A stretch of 34,397 bases of DNA from Octopus bimaculoides. Its lineage: Eukaryota. The stretch is from the NCBI RefSeq assembly GCF_001194135.2, contig NC_068986.1:54810495-54844891 (forward strand). The letters run 5' to 3'. The notes beneath the pieces are model-generated. The model saw only the letters and a list, made by a program, of their open reading frames with translations. It was not told where the DNA came from and did no database searches. Positions 1-10,713 of the stretch are shown here, piece by piece (position 1 is the stretch's first letter; each line of letters begins with the position of its first letter). The translations under genes and the position numbers were made by a program.

Positions 1-207
1 GCTGAAAAGCTCCTAGCTTTGAATAAAAGAAAATAGAGGAGGATCAGTTAATAATGATTTTAATGAAGATATTCTCCTCCTAGGTTCACACAGTTACTGC
101 CGACGTCCTTTAATTTTTCTAAGACCTCTAAAAGAACTCGGAATGTTGGGCCTCCAACTAAGCATTTCACGATACCCTTAAAGCCAGGAACGTTTCAACC
201 CCCCTCG
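1..207 (-). mobile_element. Mariner-derived MITE (internally deleted), cut by the window edge
   Basis: The reverse complement aligns end to end with 31158-31373. The terminus CGAGGGGGGTTGAAACGTTCCTGGCTTT has TA at 208-209. A remnant of the transposase C-terminus (GLRKIKGRRQ*LCEPRRRI, decayed) is present. Confidence 0.75.
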
Positions 208-833
208 TATTCGTTCCTTCTCCCTTCTCCTCACTCCCTTTGTTTCTTTCCCTCATCCTTTCTTTCCCTCATTTCTCTCTGCCTGTTGGTCACACGTGAC
301 TACAGGCATTTTTCTCTCGCCTCTGTCTTTTCTGGACCAGATGTCCACCAGGCTAGACGTTATTCCTCCCGACATTTTTTCTCTTCTACTATTTTCTTCG
401 CTTCTATTTATTCTATGTTCTTTCAAAATTTCTCCTAGGCGTTACCCATTACAATTCATCTTGGCTCTAACGGCTCTCAATGTTTGTCTTCGTCGATTGT
501 TTACTCTGTACGTCAACTCTGTTGTTGATTTTCGTTCGAAGCTCTAACTCTCCACAAGTTTTATATTTTTGAAATTTCTGGATGCTGGTGTCTTATAAAG
601 TTTTCCTATGTCGTTGAAAGCTCGAAATAGAGAGTAATAAACAGTCGACAACTAAGGAGGAGTTGTCCCGTATTTGTCTCTCGTTATGTGTTTACCTATT
701 TTTCACTCGTATGTGATGTCCCGTACTTATTGTGTATTTTTTTGGTATGTTGTCCTGTGCTATTTCTCGTGTATTTACGCACTTTTCACTCGTTAGTGAT
801 GTCCCTTACTTAATGTATATCTTATATACATAC

Positions 834-872
<39 letters not shown>

Positions 873-962
873 TGTGGAGAATGGAGAAACAAACACAAGA
901 AGAAACAAGTCAATTGGGCTAGTTAGCCATTGATTAAATTATGTGGAGATTATATCATGAGT

Positions 963-1014
963 CATTTACGATCGTTTCAATGTGCCAAATGGTTTGGCAG
1001 ATCTCTTCAGAATG
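963..1014 (-). ncRNA. Minimal type I hammerhead ribozyme, Penelope-like type, intact core
   Basis: The minus strand reads CAUU CUGAAGA GAUCUGCCAAA-CCA-UUUGGCACAUU GAA ACGAUCGU A AAUG. Stem I is CAUU/AAUG. Stem II has 10 of 11 pairs. Both core boxes (CUGANGA, GAAA) are intact, stem III is palindromic and the cleavage triplet is GUA (cut after 967). Confidence 0.85.
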
Positions 1015-1080
1015 TTGAGGTGTACGTTAGAGTTCATGGTGTGAGAGGTGCAGGAGAAACAGTTAGTGGATATAGTAATG

Positions 1081-1140
1081 CATATAGTGGTATATATATG
1101 CATATAGTGGTATATATATGCATATAGTGGCATATATATA
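1081..1140 (+). repeat. 20-bp minisatellite x3 (CATATAGTGGTATATATATG)
   Basis: Three tandem units read directly, running into a gap. Confidence 0.9.
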
Positions 1141-1227
1141 TNNNNNNNNNNNNNNNNNNNNNNNNNNNNNNNNNNNNNNNNNNNNNNNNNNNNNNNNNNN
1201 NNNNNNNNNNNNNNNNNNNNNNNNNNN

Positions 1228-2760
1228 ACTGAACCGCAAAAGTAACGCGATTTTTTCGAATGTCATTTTTATGTGGCTAATTCGGCGATGTAAGTGTAAA
1301 TATTCCAAGACAAGCTGGTTTATGGCTGAGACCCAAATTGCAGGTAACCTTTCAACTTTCCCTGAAACGAGACGCCAAAACGCAGCTGTGTTGAATGCCG
1401 TGGGTAGCAGTCGCAAGCAACTGTCATGAAAACCGAAATGCATGTGCATCTCGTGGAGGTTATGGGTATAAAAATCAACTTGAACTGCGTTCTTGGAATT
1501 CGCAATTTGGCCGCATCAGGTATGAGCCAATTGTCAACAGCGCAGAGATTGCAAGCTGATTGCAAGCATGGCAGCGTGCCCTGGTTGCTGCGAAAGCTTA
1601 CATGTCAGCACCATCTATCGCCTGCAACAAAGATACAGCAACACCAACAGCACTACAGACCGTACCGCAGTGGGCGCCCCCAGGTGACCACGCTTAGACA
1701 GGACCGCCTAACCCACCTGCAACACCTCCGTGATCGCTTCAGACCGGCTAGTGTGAGAGCTCGCGAGACCATTGGCACTGGACAGCGACCCATCAGCGAT
1801 GACACAGTACGTCGTCGACTGACCGCCAACAACCTGCGTTGCCGTCGTCCTGCTTGAGGGCCTGTCCTCATCACCTGCCACCGTCAGGCACGACTACAGT
1901 GGGCTATACAGCACCGACATTGGCGGCATCAACAATGAAGGTCTATAGTCTTCTCTGACGAGAGCCGGTACTGCGTTTCCACCTCGGATGGCAGAGTGAG
2001 GTGTGGCGTAGGTGGGGTGAACGCTACAAAGATGCATGTGTAATGGAGAGAGACGCATGGGGTGATCAAAGCATTTTCGTTTGGGGTGCTATAGGCCTGA
2101 ATCAGATAATTGGGGCCCATGTGTTCCAAAATGATGGTGCAGGTAGAGGAAATGGCATCACAGCGCAGCACAACGTTGACCAGATTCTAAGCCCTCACAT
2201 TGTGCCCTTCTTCGCGCGTCACCATAGTCATGTGTTTCAGCAGGACAATGTTCCCTCCCACACGTCCAGGGTCACCATGAACTTCCTGCGTCAGCACAAC
2301 ATCAGAGCCATGCCGTGGCCAGCTTTCAGCCTGGGTTTGAACCCAATTGAACACCCGTGGGATGAAATTCAGAGACGGCTGAACCAGGTGGTACCAAGAC
2401 CGACAACTCAGGGTGTGGGCACAGACGCTTTTGTGAACCGCTTCATGCAGTCCATGTACCGACGGTGGATGGCCGTTTTGAACATCCAGGGAGGGCATAC
2501 ACGGTATTGAACATGTGACGCCCTACAATCTCGATGTGCTGGATCCGCCCACTACCAGAACATATGACAACGACCCATAGACTGGTCAAAGTACATCCAA
2601 GAAATTGGCTTTATCAGATTTATCAAAATTTATCTCTGACATAATAAAACTAAAACATATTTCACAGCCTCACACGTCTCGCATTTCTTTTGCGCTTCNN
2701 NNNNNNNNAACTAAAACATATTTCACAGCCTCACACGTCTCGCATTTCTTTTGCGCTTCA

Positions 2761-2763
<3 letters not shown>
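1228..2763 (+). mobile_element. Tc1-family DNA transposon, near full length, decayed
   Basis: Imperfect TIRs: ACTGAACCGCAAAAGTAACGCGA at 1228 versus the reverse complement of TCGCATTTCTTTTGCGCTTCAGTG ending at 2763. TA and (TA)n follow at 2764. A transposase pseudogene lies inside. Confidence 0.92.
1522..2510 (+). pseudogene. Tc1 DD34E transposase pseudogene
   Basis: Motifs RSGRPQVTT, ISDDTVRRRL, VFSDESR, VWGAI, FQQDNVPSH, WPAFSLGLNPIEHPWD and terminal GGHTRY. There are 34 residues between the second D and the E. Frameshifts occur in the HTH region and near 2000, with in-frame stops at 1855 and about 1936 and a deletion near the C-terminus. Confidence 0.92.
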
Positions 2764-2795
<32 letters not shown>

Positions 2796-3429
2796 AAACA
2801 GTGATACTGTTTGTTATAAATTCACTCTTTCGAACCTCGTAAAGGAACTGTATGGAATAATTAGCATACATAACGCTTCCTTGAGAGGTATTTGGATGAA
2901 TAAATTATCCGTGCCATAACTGTGTTATTTAAACATGAACAAATATATTGCCCTATACGGTATAGCATGAAAGAAAAGGCCGTGAAAACGCCATTCATTT
3001 ATGAATCGAACTAGCTGCCAAGATGCTATTATATATGCATATTGCACTATTCTGCTTGCTTAAGTCTCTCATAATGGTTAGTTTATAAGCAGTATTTCCA
3101 GGGTCAATTAAAGAATATAATCAGTCATTGATTAAATTGCGTTCATTAAAATACGAGTGAAATTAGTCCAGCTGATGGGTTTTAATTCTTTTATTTTCCT
3201 GTTCATAATTGTACAACATCTGAAAGAAAGATATTGATATCTGTCTATGCATACCAATCGACGGTGCTGGAATGGCACGAGGCATTTTTGTAATAAAAAT
3301 TAGCAATAATCCAGGACCGTAATTAGGCAGTATTATTAGAGTATCATGCAAGATGTTTTGTACAATCTACATTGGGTTTTTTGCCATTTGACGGCATTGC
3401 ACATTAGTGACAAGCCGTATCGATCTTAC

Positions 3430-3502
3430 CCCTCCTTTCGACATCGTAGGTGATATTGGCGTGGATAGGAAAGATTTGCATGCTTGGGTAGCTACTGACC
3501 TT
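3430..3502 (-). CDS. Candidate internal exon E3 (73 nt), KVSSYPSMQIFPIHANITYDVERR(G), product unknown
   Basis: Acceptor TTCTTTCGTTTATATTTCTTTAACAG and donor GGG|GTAAGA. About half of the codons in this frame end in C in AT-rich surroundings. A second frame (RSVATQACKSFLSTPISPTMSKGG) is also open. Confidence 0.55.
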
Positions 3503-3801
3503 CTGTTAAAGAAATATAAACGAAAGAATATATATTTTTGTCTTAGCCTGTCTTTGAGGCAAACTTTCCCGGTACAGAAATCCATGACCAGCTTTGACAG
3601 AGGCTACCTTGAATATAATACGCATTACATATATCATGTATATAATATATACATCACACACATACACACCACCTACGCACACACACACACACACACACAC
3701 ACACGTACACATAAATCTGTGTGTGTATACGTATGTTTGTATGTATATATATATTTATACATATATACATGTGTGTGTGTATTTACATACACTGTATAAG
3801 T

Positions 3802-3840
<39 letters not shown>

Positions 3841-4375
3841 TGTCCTTTTGGAACTGGATTTCAAACATTTTTCGAGATCTAATTCCAAAAAAGAATTAAT
3901 CAGCGTTCTCTCCAAAATTTGTAAATTCTTATGACGTCAACATTATGTATGTAATTAATTATAAAATTTAATGCGTACAAAAGTTATACATGAGCTTCTT
4001 CAAGTTTCATGCTTGGATAGTTCAGTAATCGGACGGATTTGTATAGCGTACCATGAATGATCTGGCAGTCATTGAAGCTCAATTGATATGATGACTCCTT
4101 GAGGGAATTCGAGAAAAAGAAACGATATAGATCGCAGTTAGATAAGATAACTTTAATGGAAAAGGGTAAATAGAGGCTGTGTTTCTTTAACCCATTATAT
4201 GAAGAATATTCTTAATGTTTCATTTTTACATCTAAAATAGCCATGTGTAGTGGGAGTAGTCGATGAGAAGGGTTAAAGTGCGTCTTTCAGTTTAATAAAA
4301 GAAACTTGATGAGATGCTTACATCTTGTAAAAAAATATTTGATTCGAGCTTAGAAGGTCGTTGCAGTTCTTCGAT

Positions 4376-4635
4376 CTAATAAAGGCGTGTTATTTCAGCC
4401 ACACAGCGCCTGTGAATATTGACCCATTAATGTATTGTCTCGATCCCTCTACGATGCTTCACTTGTTGGGGTGTGGTATATTGCTGTCCTTCACGTACCA
4501 GATAAGACTTGCTAGCTTTGTGCTTTCCTTTTCGTCTACGTGCTTGAAAAAAGACTTCTTGTTGGTGTATCAATTTTTGAAGTTACTTTTGCGGAGTCTA
4601 ACACATATTTTCTTTCGGTTAGTGATGTTTATAGC
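4376..4635 (-). mobile_element. Penelope-like element, decayed GIY-YIG endonuclease fragment
   Basis: Translates as NITNRKKICVRLRKSNFKN*YTNKKSFFKHVDEKESTKLASLIWYVKDSNIPHPNK*SIVEGSRQY. From memory this fits the PLE endonuclease pattern FK.RY.NH..SF......T.LS.YIW.LK......I.W.I. Confidence 0.65.
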
Positions 4636-5655
4636 TACTCGCTAAAGTTGAATTATTAAATGCTTCCTGAATCTACATTCAAACACTTGCAAACCCTACC
4701 ATAAATCAAATAAAAAAAACTTAGATATATACACAAACAGTCATGACACTCCATTATTTTCTTTAAAAACCTTCTAGGTAACATTAGTAATTGGATATCT
4801 TACTCTCTTTCTCTAAAGAAATTTTCGATAAGGCAGCCCTTTACTATAATAGTGCCCTGAGTGACAGTGGCTTTAAAGAGACGGTATCATACGTGCTGAT
4901 ATAAACAAGTAGATAAAATAGATACTGGAAATTTATATGGTTTGCTCCCACACCTTTCTTAAATACTGGGACTAATGTTAGTAAAATATTCCTAGCCTTA
5001 TTAGATAAACATTTTCCCGATAGCCATAGATATAAGAAAATTTTCTCCAGCTGCAGTCCTAATCATTTTACTTCTACAAAGCCGAGGTTTTTTGTGCCCC
5101 ACAAAATAAGGGAACCAAAAACAATGTATTGGATTATGTGAAAGTGACTTACTTATCCTTATCACCCTCATGTAACTATTCTAGTAAATTATAAGCCTAA
5201 TATTAACTTGATCTACCAATTTAATTGTGACTCATCTAATATACAACATAGATTATAATCTCGGCAATGAACTTAATTTAGGCAAAACCAGCCCTTTTTT
5301 AGACAAACCTGTAGCCCAGACTACAATTCACCTGGCTACTCATCGGAATGGATTCTAATGAGACTCGCAAACGCAAGGAGCAATGCATTATCTATAACTG
5401 AGGAATCTCCGATACACATGGCACTAATATACGTCGCAATGTCCTTTCATTCTACATTCCACCATTATCTTCTTCACTCCATTATTTCTTTCTTTTAACT
5501 GTGGCCTTGGTCTCCGTTTACACCGTCTAATTAGTTTTGTAGCTATACAGATTTCCATTATAATAACGGCTTTGTCATAATTGTCATGTGCTGGCTTGCA
5601 TACACTGAGCTAGTATTGTACGCCTTGCGTTATATGTAAGCATATATATAGATGC

Positions 5656-5691
<36 letters not shown>

Positions 5692-6321
5692 GTGTGCGCG
5701 CGGGTGTGTGTATACAGAGAGAGAGGGAGATATTTAAATGAATTGATCATGTAACTTTATATATTAATAAATTATAAAAATCATGTGTATTTTTATCATT
5801 GAAACAGGTGTAGGGTTCAGAGTTTAAAGATATGCAACTATTTTAAATATATTGCTCTAGGCATTCGTTTCAGTCAATTCATATGCGTATGTGTGTGTGT
5901 GTCTGTGTGTGTGTGTAAGTATGTGTGTGTATGCGTGTGCTCGTGTGTGTGTATTTATGTATGTACATATATATGTATATGTACGTATATGTATGTTCAT
6001 ATGTATGTATATGCGCATATTTTATATTTCATAAGCATTAATTCAACATATATACGTACACACACTCACGTGCACACACAAATGCACACACATACTCACA
6101 CACATGTACACACATGTATACATATCTATATAGTCTTAATTCTTAACACTTCACAACAGCTCATTACTGTTTTCTCATAACTTTTTGCCTCCTTACCCTC
6201 CTCTTCTGATTGTAGGTACGTCTGCTTTTCTTTTTCCTGTATTACTGTTTCGTCCATCGCCGTCCTGCTCAGCTTATCTTCTCAGTATATACTCACTCAG
6301 ATTGTTTTTCTTCCTTTACAG

Positions 6322-6448
6322 GAAAAGCGACGATATGGTCGAAGCAGGAACATATTTCATCGTTGGTATGTTCACTCAGGATGACTTGGAGCTAATCAAG
6401 AACGACAACTACATGCTCTACGTCTCCACAATCAGCTTTGACTTGAAG
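6322..6448 (+). CDS. Candidate internal exon P (127 nt), KSDDMVEAGTYFIVGMFTQDDLELIKNDNYMLYVSTISFDLK, product unknown
   Basis: Strong acceptor ATTGTTTTTCTTCCTTTACAG and marked C/G third-position bias. The donor AAG|GTTACA is weak, and an alternative strong donor TTG|GTATGT lies at 6365/6366. Confidence 0.65.
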
Positions 6449-6459
6449 GTTACATACCA

Positions 6460-6519
<60 letters not shown>

Positions 6520-6836
6520 CGGTGACGGTGAAGGAATCGCAGGGATATATAAACATAGTTTCTCCTTAATAATTCGAACATTCTCACAGCAATTCCAACC
6601 AAAATATTTCACGAAAATGTATGATAAAGTGTTTACATGTGCATTCATCTGTGATCTGTGTTCTTCTGTTCGCCTGTTTACGTATGTAAGTGAGTTTGTA
6701 TGTATATGCATAGATGTACACAGGAACATAAATGTGTGTATGTACATTTATACACATACATCTGAGCGTATGCATGAGTGTTTATGCATGTATATTTGTA
6801 TGCATATTGGCTAGGATGTGCAGATACATTTCTTTA

Positions 6837-6904
<68 letters not shown>

Positions 6905-7120
6905 ATATACTCACACATAAATACATATATAATATTTATATATGTATATTATACACACACACACACACACACATATATATATTATATTCACATATACGCA
7001 TGTATATATATACGAAAATATATATGTATGTAAATATATGCATATGTTCATATATATGCATATATATTATATATTTATACAGACATATGTCTATATTCGT
7101 ATAAATATATGTAAAATCTC

Positions 7121-7162
<42 letters not shown>

Positions 7163-7862
7163 CGTATATAATATATANNNNNNNNNNNNNNNNNNNNNNN
7201 NNNNNNNNNNNNNNNNNNNNNNNNNNNNNNNNNNNNNNNNNNNNNNNNNNNNNNNNNNNNNNNNNNNNNNNNNNNNNNNNNNNNNNNNNNNNNNNNNNNN
7301 NNNNNNNNNNNNNNNNNNNNNNNNNNNNNNNNNNNNNNNNNNNNNNNNNNNNNNNNNNNNNNNNNNNNNNNNNNNNNNNNNNNNNNNNNNNNNNNNNNNN
7401 NNNNNNNNNNNNNNNNNNNNNNNNNNNNNNNNNNNNNNNNNNNNNNNNNNNNNNNNNNNNNNNNNNNNNNNNNNNNNNNNNNNNNNNNCACTACTACCAC
7501 CACCATCACCATTACAACAAGAACAACAACAACAACAACAACTAATGCAGCGTATAATTTGTAGTTTTAATAAATGTCCAGAGCGAATGAAGCATTTGAA
7601 AATAAAACGATAGGGGTAAGATAAATGTGAAGGCGATTGAACAGCTACACATGCACACACATAAACACAAACCCATGCACACACACCCTCCCATATACAT
7701 ACATACATACATACATACATACATACATACATACATACATAGCTGGATGACTGAAGGTCGTGTAGGGTTCGAGAGTGCAGAGAGCTCGCAACTAAGGAGA
7801 GGAGGAAAAAAGACTATGGAGGAAGAAGTGAGAAATAGGAGGAGGGGAGGAGGAGGAGGACT

Positions 7863-7918
7863 GGAGGAGGAAGTGAGGAGGAGGAAGTGAGGAGGAGGAA
7901 GTGAGGAGGAGGAAGTGA
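7863..7918 (+). repeat. 14-bp tandem repeat x4 (GGAGGAGGAAGTGA)
   Basis: Read directly. Confidence 0.85.
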
Positions 7919-8074
7919 GGGTTAGGAGTAGCAGGAGACATTGGACATATGGAAGCTGTTGTTGTTGAGCCCTATCACAAAGCTCTCTAATGGAGTTATA
8001 TTCAAAGGCTTTCCGGCCGTGACCATCTTATTGTTTTCCTTTAGTAAGACGAACCTAGAACCCACATCTTATAT

Positions 8075-8166
8075 CTTTCTCTCTCTCTCTATTTCTCTCT
8101 GTTCCTGTCTCTGTCTATCTCTCTCTCTTTTTCTATCTCGCTCTCTACTCTCTCCCTCTCTGTCTC

Positions 8167-8233
<67 letters not shown>

Positions 8234-8240
8234 CCTTCCT
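8075..8240 (+). repeat. (CT)n microsatellite, interrupted
   Basis: Read directly. Confidence 0.9.
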
Positions 8241-8920
8241 CACTCCCTCTCTGTTTCTTTGCTTTGTTTCTATTTCCATCAGTCTCTGTTGTACTACCTG
8301 TCTGTCTTTCAATCTAGCCGTGTCTCCCTGTCACTTTTTCTCTTTCTCCCTCCCTCTCTCTTCATTCTCTTTCTATCTATATCGCTACCTCTGTATTCCA
8401 TTCGTTAGTTAGTGTCTTGTTTACCCCCCACTCTATATATTAACCGTGTTTCTGTCCTCTACCCTCTACCAATCACATTCCTTTCCTCCGTATCTTTACC
8501 TCCGCCGATCGACCTCACTAATGGACTATCTACCATAATTTCTGGTCCTCCAGTTCTTCCTTATTTCTTCCGATACCTTTCTTGAACAACTATTCCCACC
8601 TTCAGACAGGGTCACATCAAGCACAACCTTCATTCGTCTCTTGTTACGCTCAATATGGATCGTTTACATAATCTTGCACTCATTGTAACACCTTCGACTA
8701 AAATATTACCACTTAGTACCGACTGAGGTTTACTTTCTAAGTCAACAATTGGTTTGGTTGCTCCTCCAGGAATGTCAACCATTATATCAAATGCCAAATT
8801 TGTGCTCGTACATGTAGGGAAATCTACTCTAAACTCCTCGGTCAATTAAAAAAGCATCTCTTGGACCCATAATGCAATAGCTGCAGATCTTAAAAATCAC
8901 TTCATACCACTTCAACTTAC

Positions 8921-8993
8921 CTGGATATATTCAACGTCATCTTTCTGTCTTTGCCATTCTCCAAATACCCCAGCCCTGTCGACAACGGTTCCT
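8921..8993 (-). CDS. Candidate internal exon E2 (73 nt), GTVVDRAGVFGEWQRQKDDVEYIQ
   Basis: Acceptor ATATTTCTTCCCAG and a perfect donor CAG|GTAAGT. It ends in phase 0, compatible with E3. It lies within a longer decayed reading frame, so it may not be a true exon. Confidence 0.4.
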
Positions 8994-9931
8994 CTGGGAA
9001 GAAATATTGAGGTTCCGATAGGTAACTCTTATTCTCGTTGAAATTAATATTGAATAGTTTTTCTTTTACCCCAACTTCATAATTTCTATGCTAACCTACT
9101 CTCCATATTCATACCATCCGAACCTTCTGTCTATTTTCTCCACATATATGCTGCTCTCTTCACTCAAGCCCACTCCGCTTTCCCTACCAACTACACACTC
9201 ACTCTCTCTTGCTACTCCTTACTTTTTTTCTTACCATTCTGCTGCTCACGCTTCCATTTTGTCCTCTCTTTTACTCATCCACTAATACATGTTACTATTT
9301 ATCTTGCCTGCCTGGCACTATAGCCCGCTCATTCACTGCTCATTCCACTTTCCTCTACACAAACCACACATATGCCTCAATCTACCTCAACCATTTGTCA
9401 AATATATTCAGCCTTTTGTCAAATATGCACGTTAAATGACACCCGTAAAATTCTTTCCCTTTATTTTTCATTCTTATTCTTGACAAAGAGATTCCAGCTC
9501 AAAATGTTAAAAACCATTTAGTCACTTCTCAATTTAATGCACTTACTTTGTCTGTGTCTATTTGTGCGTGTGTATGCATGTATGGTGGTGGTGGTGGTTG
9601 TGGTGTTTAGCTGCGAGTCGGCTCTAATTGAGAAAACTTATGATCTAGCCGTGACTATCCCATCTTTTTGTTGTATTTCTCAGACACTACGCTATCAAGT
9701 ATGTCGTTTCTCGTTTAAGTATACAAAGTGTAGTTAGTGAGAGCTCTAGCTACTATTATTCTCAGTCGGTCGAACGATCGCTGGAGACTTCCTCTTTGAC
9801 TCGATCTCCGTCTAACTTACCTACCACAGGACGCCTGTCTATCTATCTAATTGTTAATCTATCTGTCTATCTGATTATCGCCATCCAACAAGAGAGCCTA
9901 AACGCGAGCGCTCAGCCAGCTAGATATAGCA

Positions 9932-10248
9932 GCCAAATATCCATTTAACTCGCCTTTATCATCTTAGAAAAGAATACGCTAGATCTATGAACCCTTTTGA
10001 TCCCTATTTTACTCGGGTGGACCCGTCTAGCCATTCGATGTTTAAAAAAAATCATGTATTTTTATAATTATATATTATAAGGAATTGTTTCACTATGTTT
10101 CCTTCCTTACAATATATAATTATAAAATACAGGACTTTTTAAACATTGGCTAGACGGGTCCACCCTAGTAAAATAGGAATCAAAGGGGTTCATAGATCTA
10201 GCGTATTCTTTTCTAAGATGATAAAGGTGAGTTAAATGGATATTTGGC
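9932..10248. repeat. Long inverted repeat: arms 9932-10083 and 10104-10248, about 20-nt loop
   Basis: The reverse complement of the right arm matches the left arm with only scattered substitutions and small indels (roughly 90% by eye). Confidence 0.95.
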
Positions 10249-10254
10249 CGACAG

Positions 10255-10333
10255 GTAGACAGATAGATGGTAGACAGATAGATGGTAGACAGATAGATGG
10301 TAGACAGATAGATGGTAGACAGATAGATGGTAG
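10255..10333 (+). repeat. 15-bp tandem repeat x5 (GTAGACAGATAGATG) at the RTE 5' junction
   Basis: Read directly; it gives the LSTIY repeat in the ORF track. Confidence 0.95.
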
Positions 10334-10713
10334 TGAAACATAAGCTAAAACAAAGAGAGAAGAGCAGAGATTGATAATGGCTCAAAGAGCCATGGATAAG
10401 TCAATGCTTGGAATCTCGTTGAGAGAGCACATCAGTAGCGAGGTCTTCAGACAGAAGTCCGGCGTGAGGGATGTCATCGTAGAATATATATGCAGCAAGT
10501 TCAGATGGGCTGGATACGTCGCCCGGCTCACCGACGCGCGAGCGGAAACGACCACTCGGAAGGCCTCCACTACAGTGGAGTTACGATTTTAGTAGGGCGA
10601 TTGGGACCACGTGGGTGAGGAAGGCGCGATCCTGAGAGGAGTGAACAGCGTGCTGTGACCAGCGGTGTCAAATGGACGCCCGATGGACTGGTCGGTCAAG
10701 GTGATCAAGGTGA
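10330..10713 (+). mobile_element. 5'-truncated RTE-clade LINE with 16-17 bp TSD
   Basis: Translates as SET*AKTKREEQRLIMAQRAMDKSMLGISLREHISSEVFRQKSGVRDVIVEYICSKFRWAGYVAR, then in a shifted frame RKRPLGRPPLQWSYD...TW. The tail is (TCAAGGTGA)x2. TATTATAAGGAATTGT occurs at 10073-10088 and 10714-10729. Confidence 0.88.

Noticed and set aside
210-830. Body of a Penelope-like element upstream of the hammerhead
   Set aside because: No RT or GIY-YIG motif is recognisable in any frame; only a ~30-bp imperfect direct repeat (about 701 and 783) was seen.
2648-2759. 51-bp direct duplication of the Tc1 right end
   Set aside because: The identical copies sit either side of a 10-N gap, which is the signature of an unmerged contig overlap.
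4085-4140. Hammerhead-like ATGATGA...GAAACGAT-ATAG-ATCGCA
   Set aside because: C3 and U16.1 are both wrong, there is no stem I, and stem II does not close onto GAAA.
4187-4276. TTAA-CCC...GGG-TTAA piggyBac-like ends
   Set aside because: Complementarity extends only 3-4 bp beyond TTAA.
10255-10333. CRISPR-like regular repeats (also 1081-1140 and 7863-7918)
   Set aside because: Head-to-tail units with no spacers, no cas genes, and a eukaryotic context.
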